Source of the DNA: a virus
Reading direction: 5' to 3' (one strand)
Virus record (IMG/VR): IMGVR_UViG_3300037247_000703
Coordinates: 36,331-100,330 of that record
DNA length: 64,000 nt
Shown: positions 46,763-55,090 of the stretch, in pieces
Layout of the letters: every line of letters begins with the position of its first letter
Position numbering within the stretch: position 1 is the stretch's first letter
Notes under the pieces: generated by a model
The model's input: the letters and a program-made list of their open reading frames with translations, nothing else
Told to the model about the DNA's origin: nothing
The model's database searches: none
Made by a program: the position numbers and the translations under genes

Positions 46763-47173
46763 TCAGATCACGATCGAGGCTTCCAGATCCGGGAAGACCA
46801 CGCTACCTGTGTTCAGGTCGATGAAGTTGAACCGGACGTTTAGTATTAGCTTCGTATCCTTGCGCTCGACTCTGACATCGGTGATCTTGACCCGTGGTTC
46901 CCAGCGCTGGATCGCCTCAACGACATGGATGCGCGCGAGATTTTGCAGCGTTTCGTTTTGCGGCTGATGCTTGAGCAGATGAATCGCCGACCCGAAATTC
47001 GGTCGCCACGGAACTTCACCTTGCGCGATCTCGGTTGCCGCCACCGTGCCGAGAATTTGGCTGACCGCCGACTTGATCAGCTTCGGTCCAAACTCGTTTT
47101 GGAAGTCGCTCGTGCGGTTCCGTCGGAACGGATGGATCAGTCCACGCCCAAACTGGTTGATCAACGCGACCAT
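46763..47173 (-). CDS. baseplate gpW/gp25-like protein
   Basis: QILGT..GEVPWRPNFGS..AIQRWEPRV. Confidence 0.9.
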   Translation of the reverse strand: MVALINQFGRGLIHPFRRNRTSDFQNEFGPKLIKSAVSQILGTVAATEIAQGEVPWRPNFGSAIHLLKHQPQNETLQNLARIHVVEAIQRWEPRVKITDVRVERKDTKLILNVRFNFIDLNTGSVVFPDLEASIVI

Positions 47174-47382
47174 TAGCTGATCCCTCCGACGCCTGTGCCG
47201 CTCTGCGCAGTGGCGGTGCCCGTGGTCGCGACAATCGTATTGACGACGCCGGCCGAGATGAAGTGATCGATAATCGCCTGTGCCATCTTACGAAAGACCT
47301 CATCAGAATTGTTAATCGGGTCTGCAACACTTTGTACCGCAGTCTTGAGTGCGGGTCCGAGTACGGTTGCGTTCAATGCCAT
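47173..47382 (-). CDS. small spike-associated protein
   Basis: Between spike and gp25; ..SGTGVGGIS tail. Confidence 0.65.
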   Translation of the reverse strand: MALNATVLGPALKTAVQSVADPINNSDEVFRKMAQAIIDHFISAGVVNTIVATTGTATAQSGTGVGGIS

Positions 47383-47391
47383 GCAGCCCTC

Positions 47392-48042
47392 CTATAACTT
47401 CTTCGCGAAGACTCGAACCGAAGCGCCTCCGAGTTGACCGTGCGTTTTTGCCGTAAAGGGATCAACCGCGCTGGCGAGAACGACGCCTTCGCCTGCGATC
47501 GGATCTTGATTCAAGTTGTCGCCGCCGAGAAACAGCTTCGGCGCATCCACGACGACGAGCTTGCTGTGCTTGATCGTGGTCTTGTCCGGCGACATGATCA
47601 CAGTATCGCCCGTCTCCTTGTCGAGCACCGCGAACCGCTCTTTGCCACTGCGATGGTCGAAGATCAGTTGATAGCGTTCGGTTTCGTAGCCCTTAATCTT
47701 GACGCGATCCGACTTCGAAAGCCCACTCTCGTGCAGCGGCGTTTCATGCGCGCCATCGACGATCCCCCAATGACCGGAAGCGAAGAACAGCCGGTCGACG
47801 TCGCCGCGAAAGAACCACACGTCAACATCCGCGCCGATATCAGGCGGGTCAAACCATCCACGTTGCGCCTTGCCGCCGCCTTGTGTTCCGACCGGGAATG
47901 CCCACGCGCTCGCGGGCTCAATGATGCTGGGCACCCTGATGCGCACGCGGCCGAGCAGCTCGGGATCTTCATTGTCGATCACGGTGCCGGTGTAGAAGCC
48001 GACGTAGTGCAATTCCTCGGTATTGTCGAATTCAGTCGCCAT
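47392..48042 (-). CDS. baseplate spike, gpV/gp5 OB-fold
   Basis: GTVIDNEDPELLGRVRIRVP..WA..PPDIGADVDVWF..GD. Confidence 0.9.
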   Translation of the reverse strand: MATEFDNTEELHYVGFYTGTVIDNEDPELLGRVRIRVPSIIEPASAWAFPVGTQGGGKAQRGWFDPPDIGADVDVWFFRGDVDRLFFASGHWGIVDGAHETPLHESGLSKSDRVKIKGYETERYQLIFDHRSGKERFAVLDKETGDTVIMSPDKTTIKHSKLVVVDAPKLFLGGDNLNQDPIAGEGVVLASAVDPFTAKTHGQLGGASVRVFAKKL

Positions 48043-49762
48043 CGCCCAAGCTCTCGCGCAGGGCGCCGACCTCGCGCTTGCGACGATCGCGATACTTCAG
48101 GAACTCGCGATCGCCTTCACGCTGGCTCGTTCTGAATGCTTCAAGCCGCTTTCGTTCGAGCCGCTCTGCCTCGGTCTGCTGATTGCCCGCGCCGCGCCGG
48201 TTGCTCTCGGTCTGATTGTTGAACTGTCCCGCCCTTTCAGCTTCCTCGGCAATGCAGATCCGCTTCGCTCTGCTGGCGCTTATAGAGAGATCGTGCGCGG
48301 CGAAGCCGATTCTGCCCAATCCGAGCCGACCCCCTGCACTGGCTTTCAGTGTTCCGTTGTTGAAGATTTCGATTGCCGTGTTTTGCACGTCGTCGACCAC
48401 CGGGATCGTGAGCGTATTTGACTTCGGATCCTCGGTAAGTTTGGGTTGCAGCTCCTTGAGGATGCGAATGCGCGAACCAAGGAATTGCGATAGGTCGCCG
48501 CCGATGCCTAGACCCTTTTTGTGAATTTCGATGAAGACCTGATCGCGCGTGTCGACGAACTCGTCGATACGCGCCTGAACGTTCTTGAGCGCCGAGAGGC
48601 ACGTCGAGGCACCGCCGCCGCCCCGACCCCCCGGAATGAATGCGAAGAGTCGCTCTTGGTTTCGATTCTCCTTGTGGCCGTCGCGCAGGATCTCGCACTG
48701 ACATTCGTAGCCGGAGCCCGCGATCTTGTGCACGATCTTCTTCAGGTAGTAGTTCCCCGAGAGTCGATTGCCGATACCCTCGATTCCGAGCACCGTCTTC
48801 GCCAGCAATTCGGGATCGCCGAGAATGCCCATCTTCGCCTTGACGGTCAGGTGCCGACGCTTCTTTCCCCGGCCTCGCGCGCGCCGCAAACTGAGCGACG
48901 CGATTGTCTCGGCCGTCACATCGATCACGTCGCGCGCAACGTTCCCGAGTCCGGTCAGCAGCTCCGCAGTAACCTCAGCGTTCGGCGCGAGTTGTGGCGA
49001 GAAGTCTCTCGTGTAGTCGACCACGAATTCGAAGTCAATCTTCTTTTTGTGGTCACGTCCGCGCGTTGTCGAGCGCCCGGGGATCGGAGAGGTATCATTG
49101 TCGATGTCGAACGACAGGATCGACGCCTCGCGATTGCCGGGGCTCGCGCCGCCTGCATACCAGCGGAACGTGCGCACCGGCTTCTGACCAACCTGTCGCT
49201 CATGGAAGTGCAGGCCATCGAAATCAACGTAAAATTCGAAGCCTTCCTTCTGCGCGAGTCGGCGAATGAAGTGCGCATCGGTTTGCTTGGCCTGCGTCTG
49301 AAATTCGACGACCTCTTTCGTGTCTTGGATGAACTGCACGTCATCGCTGAAACCGTTCTCTTCGGCGATCTGTTTCACCATGTCGGAGCGTTTCTTATTC
49401 TCGAACACGCGGCAGCGATCGATCCGATCCATCAGGAACTTTTTAGAGAAGCCTTCGACCTTGAGCGTGGTGAAGCCCGTAACCTTTTTGATCACAACTT
49501 GCCGGGCAGGCGCGAGCCGGCCGGGGTAGCCCCACGTCACTTCGAGGATACCGCCCTTGCGCCAGACAGGTGTGTCGAGGTTGGCCAGATCCCAATTGTC
49601 GACGGTGAGCTTGAGCTTGTCGGCCTTACTCTCGTTGTCTTCGAACTCGAACGACTCGACGCGACCGGTAAGATCGACCCGCACACCTTTCGTGCCCTTC
49701 GGTATGAGCTTGACGAAGTAAAGCGGGTTCCCCAGCGAACCATGTGTCGAGATAACCGACAT
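48032..49762 (-). CDS. baseplate hub (GpD/gp27-like) with a long C-terminal extension
   Basis: FEDNESKADKLKL, QTDAHFIRRLA..GF, GDPEL, LSGNYYLKKIVH. Confidence 0.85.
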   Translation of the reverse strand: MSVISTHGSLGNPLYFVKLIPKGTKGVRVDLTGRVESFEFEDNESKADKLKLTVDNWDLANLDTPVWRKGGILEVTWGYPGRLAPARQVVIKKVTGFTTLKVEGFSKKFLMDRIDRCRVFENKKRSDMVKQIAEENGFSDDVQFIQDTKEVVEFQTQAKQTDAHFIRRLAQKEGFEFYVDFDGLHFHERQVGQKPVRTFRWYAGGASPGNREASILSFDIDNDTSPIPGRSTTRGRDHKKKIDFEFVVDYTRDFSPQLAPNAEVTAELLTGLGNVARDVIDVTAETIASLSLRRARGRGKKRRHLTVKAKMGILGDPELLAKTVLGIEGIGNRLSGNYYLKKIVHKIAGSGYECQCEILRDGHKENRNQERLFAFIPGGRGGGGASTCLSALKNVQARIDEFVDTRDQVFIEIHKKGLGIGGDLSQFLGSRIRILKELQPKLTEDPKSNTLTIPVVDDVQNTAIEIFNNGTLKASAGGRLGLGRIGFAAHDLSISASRAKRICIAEEAERAGQFNNQTESNRRGAGNQQTEAERLERKRLEAFRTSQREGDREFLKYRDRRKREVGALRESLGDGD

Positions 49763-49763
49763 G

Positions 49764-50114
49764 CTACGGAGTCGCTTCCTCCGTGCGTTTCTCGCTAAAT
49801 ATTTCTTCGGTTACGGTTCGGAGCGATGGGATGAACAGCGTGCGGCCCAATCCGATCGAGATCGTCGGATCGTGAATTGGGTCGGGCTGAAAATCAGCGA
49901 TAATCCACCAAAATCCTGACGGCCGATCCAGTCCGCGAAAGAACCGGTGCGCGAGCGTGAACAGGGTGTCGCCTTCGCGGGCGATATGCGTGCGCGTGTC
50001 CGGCAATTCCCGAAATACAAATCGCTCGCGGTCCGTGAGAAACAGGATCTCGGGCCTGTCGATGTCATTGAGTGCGGCCGTGAACTGGAAGCGCGAGAAC
50101 TTGAACGGAGGCAC
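49764..50114 (-). CDS. LysM / tail X-like baseplate protein
   Basis: HIAREGDTLFTLAHRFF..WWIIADF..LFIP. Confidence 0.85.
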   Translation of the reverse strand: MPPFKFSRFQFTAALNDIDRPEILFLTDRERFVFRELPDTRTHIAREGDTLFTLAHRFFRGLDRPSGFWWIIADFQPDPIHDPTISIGLGRTLFIPSLRTVTEEIFSEKRTEEATP

Positions 50115-50653
50115 TAGAGTTCTCCTTCGTCTTCGGAGCCTCGGATCGTTCCGTCGTTCAGCACGTCGTCAACGTGCAGCCGGAAATCGCGGATCTCTTC
50201 AAGTACGACTTTCGCGACGAACGTGATTGGCAGACCCGTCGCGGCGAACTTGGTGTACGTGAATTCGACGCTATCGATGACCGCGGTCAGCGAGATCATC
50301 TGCGGCCAGATAAACAGCAAACGCGGCGGTGCGCCGCCCGGCGTGTTGCCGGCCATCACACGCCGTGGAAAACAGATCGCTTGCAGGAACTTCCGCGCGA
50401 TCAGGTTGCGTTCGGCTTGCTCTTGTGTCTGCGCGTCGAAGAAGAGACTGAATTCGAAGCCGTTATTCTCGGTGTTGACGTAGTGCAGCACTTTGTGCGA
50501 CTGGCCGACGACTGTTTTGCGAGCCCAATTGACGCCGAGCTTTTCGGTGAACTCGGTCGGATTGAACTGCGGCGTGAACCGTGTGCGCGGATCGTCGATC
50601 TTTGTGATCGTCATCTTCTCCGCTGGCGACGTTACCGCTTCAAGCAACGACAT
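50114..50653 (-). CDS. tube initiator (contractile-injection-system-type N-terminal domain)
   Basis: QFNPTEF, PPRLLFIWP, SVEFTYTKF..G.P. Confidence 0.8.
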   Translation of the reverse strand: MSLLEAVTSPAEKMTITKIDDPRTRFTPQFNPTEFTEKLGVNWARKTVVGQSHKVLHYVNTENNGFEFSLFFDAQTQEQAERNLIARKFLQAICFPRRVMAGNTPGGAPPRLLFIWPQMISLTAVIDSVEFTYTKFAATGLPITFVAKVVLEEIRDFRLHVDDVLNDGTIRGSEDEGEL

Positions 50654-52803
50654 CAGTCAATTCCCCCCGGCGTCGGCTGGCTTCGTCGCCGGCCATCTTC
50701 GGCCAGTTGCTTTGTCACAGCAGTCGCGACGACTTCGCCATCAAGCTCGATTTTGATGTTGCTCGTAACCTCGGTTTTGCCGCCTGCGACGGTGACTCTC
50801 GTTTCCGCAGGCCCGCCCGCGCCGGCCGTCGCGACGACCGGCGACACAGGCGCCACGTTGCCGGCGCCGAACTTGCCACGGCCGGCAGCGATCGATCCGG
50901 CGGTTGTTACTCCGCCTTCATCGCCGAACGCATCGAACGCGGCTTCGCCGATGCCGGCGCCGAAGTCGACGATCGAGCCGCCGATGTCGGAGACGAAATC
51001 GAAGACATCGCCCGCGATCTCCTTCGCTTTGATCAGGAACGCGACGATCGGTTCGAGCACGGCTTGCACGAGCCTGAACACAAACATAATCGCATCGCCG
51101 ACAGCCGTCGCGACTTCGCCAAGGAACTCGAACGCGGAGGTAAGCGCGCCGCCGACTAGATCGACGAGCCCACCGATGGCGTCAACGATTCCACCGATCA
51201 CGCTGCTGATTACTTCAAACGCGAAGACGAATGGCGCCGCGAGCACCGAGCCGATCTTGGAGACGATGGTAACGAAGCCGCCGATCAGGAACTTCCACGC
51301 ATCGAGCCAGAGATTGAAAAGCCCGGTGAGGAAGGCGCCCGTTTCATTCCAAACGAATCGGAAAAATTCGGCGAAGTCTTCGATGACGCCGACCATAATG
51401 TCGACAGCGGCCTTCCATACAGCAACGATTTCATCCCAGAAAACAATGATCGCTATCGCCGCCGCCGCGACAGCCAAGATGACCAGCCCAACCGGACCGA
51501 AGATCGCCGCCCACATCGTGGCTGCTTTCGCTCCAATACCCGGCATCAACAATCCGAGTGCACCGAGCGCGCCACTGAAAAACAATACAGCACCGCCCAC
51601 GGTCAACAGGATGGCGAGACCCGCGAAGATCACAGCAAACGCTTTCTTCACCGGGCCAGGTAGCTTGTCGAACAGCTTGAGCAGCGCCTCGGCTGCGGTC
51701 GCGAGAATTTTGATGAACGGGGCGAGGGCGGTGCCGATGCCGATCTTGATGTTCGTCCAGACCGCGCCCAGCCGCTTGAGCTGCCGATCGAGTGTCTCGT
51801 TCATTTTCTTGAACGCGGCGTCGGTCGCGCCGGTCTTGTTCTCCATGGCGGCCATGTTCTCCGTAAAGAACTTGGCGTTGTTCGCGGTGAGGGCAAGGAT
51901 TGAGTTCACTGCCTCGATCGAACCGAACAACTTGAGAAGCGAATCTTCGTTGAATTTGGCGGAACCGGTAAGGCTGTCAAGGAACTTGACGAGCCCCTGC
52001 GATCGCAGCGCCGCCGCGTCGAAACTAATGCCGAGTCGCTTCGCTTCTCTCTCGGCGTCCGCCGTCGGCTTGATGATGTTGGCGAACGTCGCCTTCAATC
52101 CCGTCACAGACTCCTTCGTCGAGAGTCCACTTTTCGTGATGGCGGCGATTGACGCGTTCAACTCGTCGAACGTGACGCCAAGGGAAGCGGCCAACGGCGC
52201 CACGCGGCCAATCGTTTTCGACAGTTCGGGGATTGTTGTGACACCCTGCCGGACGGCGATAAACAGCGAATCGGATGCCTCGGCAGCACTGAGCCCGGAT
52301 TTCTCGTAGACGTTGACCGCCTTGATCAGAACCGCGGTCGAGTCGGTCAAGTCGGCCACGCCGCCGATGGCGAGCTTGTTCGCCGAATTGAGCAGCTTCG
52401 TCGCTTCGCCGGCATCAGTGATGCCGCCGGAGATTGTGGCGTACAAGGCAGGTGCTTGCTTGAGCGCGTCTTCGCCGAACGTTGCGGCAAGGTTCATCGT
52501 GATGTCGCGCATCTTCTGTGTCGAGAACGTCGCTTCATCGACGAGCGTCGACACTTCCGCGATCGCCTTCTCGAAATCCTTGGCCGACTTCGCGGCGCCG
52601 CCGAGCGCACGAAGACCGATGGCGCCGGCCGCGAACAGACCGAGCCCGACGCCCATCTTCTTCATGTTGCCGGTGAACTTCGCTTGAGTCGCTTCAGTTG
52701 TCGCATCGAGCGACTTGAAGCGACGTTCGAGCTTGTTGATGTTGCGCGAAGCCAGATCCTTCGCGGTGAATAATAGTCCCATGCCGAGATTGGATAATGC
52801 CAC
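50653..52803 (-). CDS. tape measure protein
   Basis: TP901-like core (DFEKAIAEVST, GVTTIPELS, LFGSIEA), TM segments, aromatic helical repeats. Confidence 0.9.
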   Translation of the reverse strand: MALSNLGMGLLFTAKDLASRNINKLERRFKSLDATTEATQAKFTGNMKKMGVGLGLFAAGAIGLRALGGAAKSAKDFEKAIAEVSTLVDEATFSTQKMRDITMNLAATFGEDALKQAPALYATISGGITDAGEATKLLNSANKLAIGGVADLTDSTAVLIKAVNVYEKSGLSAAEASDSLFIAVRQGVTTIPELSKTIGRVAPLAASLGVTFDELNASIAAITKSGLSTKESVTGLKATFANIIKPTADAEREAKRLGISFDAAALRSQGLVKFLDSLTGSAKFNEDSLLKLFGSIEAVNSILALTANNAKFFTENMAAMENKTGATDAAFKKMNETLDRQLKRLGAVWTNIKIGIGTALAPFIKILATAAEALLKLFDKLPGPVKKAFAVIFAGLAILLTVGGAVLFFSGALGALGLLMPGIGAKAATMWAAIFGPVGLVILAVAAAAIAIIVFWDEIVAVWKAAVDIMVGVIEDFAEFFRFVWNETGAFLTGLFNLWLDAWKFLIGGFVTIVSKIGSVLAAPFVFAFEVISSVIGGIVDAIGGLVDLVGGALTSAFEFLGEVATAVGDAIMFVFRLVQAVLEPIVAFLIKAKEIAGDVFDFVSDIGGSIVDFGAGIGEAAFDAFGDEGGVTTAGSIAAGRGKFGAGNVAPVSPVVATAGAGGPAETRVTVAGGKTEVTSNIKIELDGEVVATAVTKQLAEDGRRRSQPTPGGID

Positions 52804-52838
52804 TAGCGAATCTCCTTTGCATGTGGCACAATGACCGA

Positions 52839-53522
52839 ATGGGTACTAAAACTCGGTGGAAATCGATTCCCGGCTTCGAGGGCGTTTACTCTGTTTCGCG
52901 TGACGGTGAGGTCAGGCTCGAAGTCGATCGGCGCAACAAAGAACTTGGTTCGCGACTCAGGCAAACAATGGATCCTGACGGATATCTTCTCGTCCGACTC
53001 AGTCTCGATGGCTCGCAAAAGGCTGGACGGAATCACCGTGTCAACCGGCTTGTCGGCGCAACCTTCCTCGGCGATGTCACCGACATGCAAGTCAATCACA
53101 AGAACGGGGACAAGGCCGACAACCGGCTTTCGAACTTGGAAATTGTGACCCCAGCCGAGAACATCAAACATGCCATCAAAGTTCTCGGGTATCGCCGGGA
53201 CGGCGAGCACAACAACGCCGCCAAGCTCACCGAGCGGCAGGTTGTCATGCTGCGCAAAGCTGCGGCACGCGGGAAGACCTATGTCGCGCTTGGCAAGCGA
53301 TTCGGAATTACATCCGTCATGGCATGCGACATTGCCCGGGGCAAGGCATGGCCCAATGCGCCCGGACCTATCGCCGACCGGCGAACAAGAGAGTACGGCC
53401 GACTGAGTGACGAACAGAAGCAAGAGGTTCGTCAACGATACAAACGCGGAGAGCGGGCCAAGCTGCTTGCTGACGAGTTCGGCGTCAGTCGGCGAACCGT
53501 CTACAACATCATTGATCAGTAG
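52839..53522 (+). CDS. NUMOD4-HNH homing endonuclease with two HTHs, antisense to the tail operon
   Basis: WKSIPGFEGVYSVS..GEVR, VNHKNGDKADNRLSNLE; start reassigned to the ATG at 52839. Confidence 0.9.
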   Translation: MGTKTRWKSIPGFEGVYSVSRDGEVRLEVDRRNKELGSRLRQTMDPDGYLLVRLSLDGSQKAGRNHRVNRLVGATFLGDVTDMQVNHKNGDKADNRLSNLEIVTPAENIKHAIKVLGYRRDGEHNNAAKLTERQVVMLRKAAARGKTYVALGKRFGITSVMACDIARGKAWPNAPGPIADRRTREYGRLSDEQKQEVRQRYKRGERAKLLADEFGVSRRTVYNIIDQ

Positions 53523-53533
53523 CGCCGCGCCCA

Positions 53534-53836
53534 TTACCTGCGCGATGCTTTCTTGAGCGCCTTGTATTCGCGCTCGCGTTGATCGGCTTGCCATCTCACC
53601 CATTCTAGGAAATCTCCTAGCCCGAGTCCCTTTACTTCTGTGAGGGTGAGGTTAGTGCCTGAACCTCCGTGCTGTTTCCACGTCAGCTCACGGATCCCCC
53701 GCCAGAGAAGCTCCCTTTGCGGGACGTCCAGAACCCTGGCTATGTGGTCGAGCTGTTCGCTGTCTCCGCCCTCGCTTTCGCTCTCTTTTGCTTCTTCCGT
53801 TGTAACGAAGGGAAGAAAAACTCGCGATCCAAAGGG
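53534..53836 (-). CDS. tail assembly chaperone C-terminal (gpT-like) frame, probably reached by -1 frameshift
   Basis: -1 frame overlapping the end of the chaperone; no ATG/GTG/TTG ahead of the LTWKQHGGSG part other than GTG 53872; slippery C CCT TTG. Confidence 0.6.
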   Translation of the reverse strand, partial: PFGSRVFLPFVTTEEAKESESEGGDSEQLDHIARVLDVPQRELLWRGIRELTWKQHGGSGTNLTLTEVKGLGLGDFLEWVRWQADQREREYKALKKASRR

Positions 53837-54537
53837 AGCGACACCTCCTGAATCGATCCACAGTCGGGACACTCGACTTCGATGTCGGTGTCGAGCCCGA
53901 CGTCGGCTTCGTCGAACTGCTCGATCAGCTCGTTCGCCTGCGAGAGCGAAAGATTTTCGATGAACTCGCGCAGGTTCTCGACGCCTTCGACACTCTTGAT
54001 GCGCGTGCGCAGTGCCAACGTCATCAACTGATCGCGGTTGTTGGCGCGCTGCTTTGCTGCCTTCTTTGTGTCGCTGTGCAGCGGCAACTTGAACGTCACG
54101 ATCTCGCCCGTGTCAGGCGCCTCGGTTCGGAACTCGTTGCCTTCCTTGAACCGCTCGCGCTGCGCTTCATCGAACTTCTGGAGAGGAAGCTCGTCGACGA
54201 GATCGACCGCCCACTCGAATTGTTCTCGGCAGCTTGTGTCGTCGCACTGTGTCTTGAAGACGTACTCGGCGCCGTGCGTGGCTACGCGAATCATGACGAG
54301 CACGTAGTCGACATCGCCCTGTAAGACGGTGTCCCATCTCGGCGGGGCGCCCGCGTCCAGCTCGTAGGGGCCGGGATCCTCAGTCGAAAGCCAACAGGCT
54401 TTCAGAATCTTGGCGGCCAGCGCGATCCGATCCTTCTTCCGGGTCGCACTGGCGATCGCGTTCGCATCGGCTACCGACAGCCCACGAACCGTGCCCGTCA
54501 ACCCTGACGGGCATTCCATTGTGTGTGTCTTGTCCAT
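53740..54537 (-). CDS. tail assembly chaperone / T4 gp26-like hub assembly protein
   Basis: Between tube and tape measure; GDVDYVLVMIRVATHG, CDDTSC, CPDCG. Confidence 0.8.
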   Translation of the reverse strand: MDKTHTMECPSGLTGTVRGLSVADANAIASATRKKDRIALAAKILKACWLSTEDPGPYELDAGAPPRWDTVLQGDVDYVLVMIRVATHGAEYVFKTQCDDTSCREQFEWAVDLVDELPLQKFDEAQRERFKEGNEFRTEAPDTGEIVTFKLPLHSDTKKAAKQRANNRDQLMTLALRTRIKSVEGVENLREFIENLSLSQANELIEQFDEADVGLDTDIEVECPDCGSIQEVSLPLDREFFFPSLQRKKQKRAKARAETANSSTT

Positions 54538-54582
54538 CGTCGTTCCCTTCGTCGTCGTCGTCGCCGCTATCTAGGAACGAGC

Positions 54583-55071
54583 CTAGACGCGCACGAAGAA
54601 ATCGTAGGTCAGCGTGACCATCTCGATCGTCTTTTCGTCGGCGTCGTTGTCCCACTCGCCCGCGACGAACTTGACCGGCCACGCCTGGAAGACTCGCCAA
54701 CGCACAAGCGTTGCTCCGTCACGGTCTTGCTGCACGATGTCGAGATCGCGTTTGAACAGCGGATCAAGCAGGCCGGCACCGAGCCCGGCACCCGCAATCA
54801 ACGACGACATAATCGACGAGTCGGCGACCTCTTCGAACCAGGCGAACATGTCGTCGTCTTGCGTGGCGCCGCGTTCAAGGGTGACGTCACTGAACGTGAG
54901 TCGTCCTGGCGACTTATTCGGAATGAGCGTTCCGCCCTCGTTGTATTCAATCTTCGCGGCCTCGACAGAAAGCTCGCTACACTTGTTGAATGCAGCGGAG
55001 TCGAAACCATCGACTTGAACAAGGAACTTGAACTTGTCGTGGAAGGTTCGCGGTGCTCCGATTACCGGCAT
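54583..55071 (-). CDS. tail tube protein (T4 gp19-like)
   Basis: [37 protein letters not shown]. Confidence 0.93.
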   Translation of the reverse strand: MPVIGAPRTFHDKFKFLVQVDGFDSAAFNKCSELSVEAAKIEYNEGGTLIPNKSPGRLTFSDVTLERGATQDDDMFAWFEEVADSSIMSSLIAGAGLGAGLLDPLFKRDLDIVQQDRDGATLVRWRVFQAWPVKFVAGEWDNDADEKTIEMVTLTYDFFVRV

Positions 55072-55090
55072 GATTTATTGCCTCCTGTGA

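Noticed and set aside
50174-52309. 711-aa plus-strand ORF and the many other long antisense ORFs
   Set aside because: Shadow frames of GC-rich coding genes; no motifs or start signals
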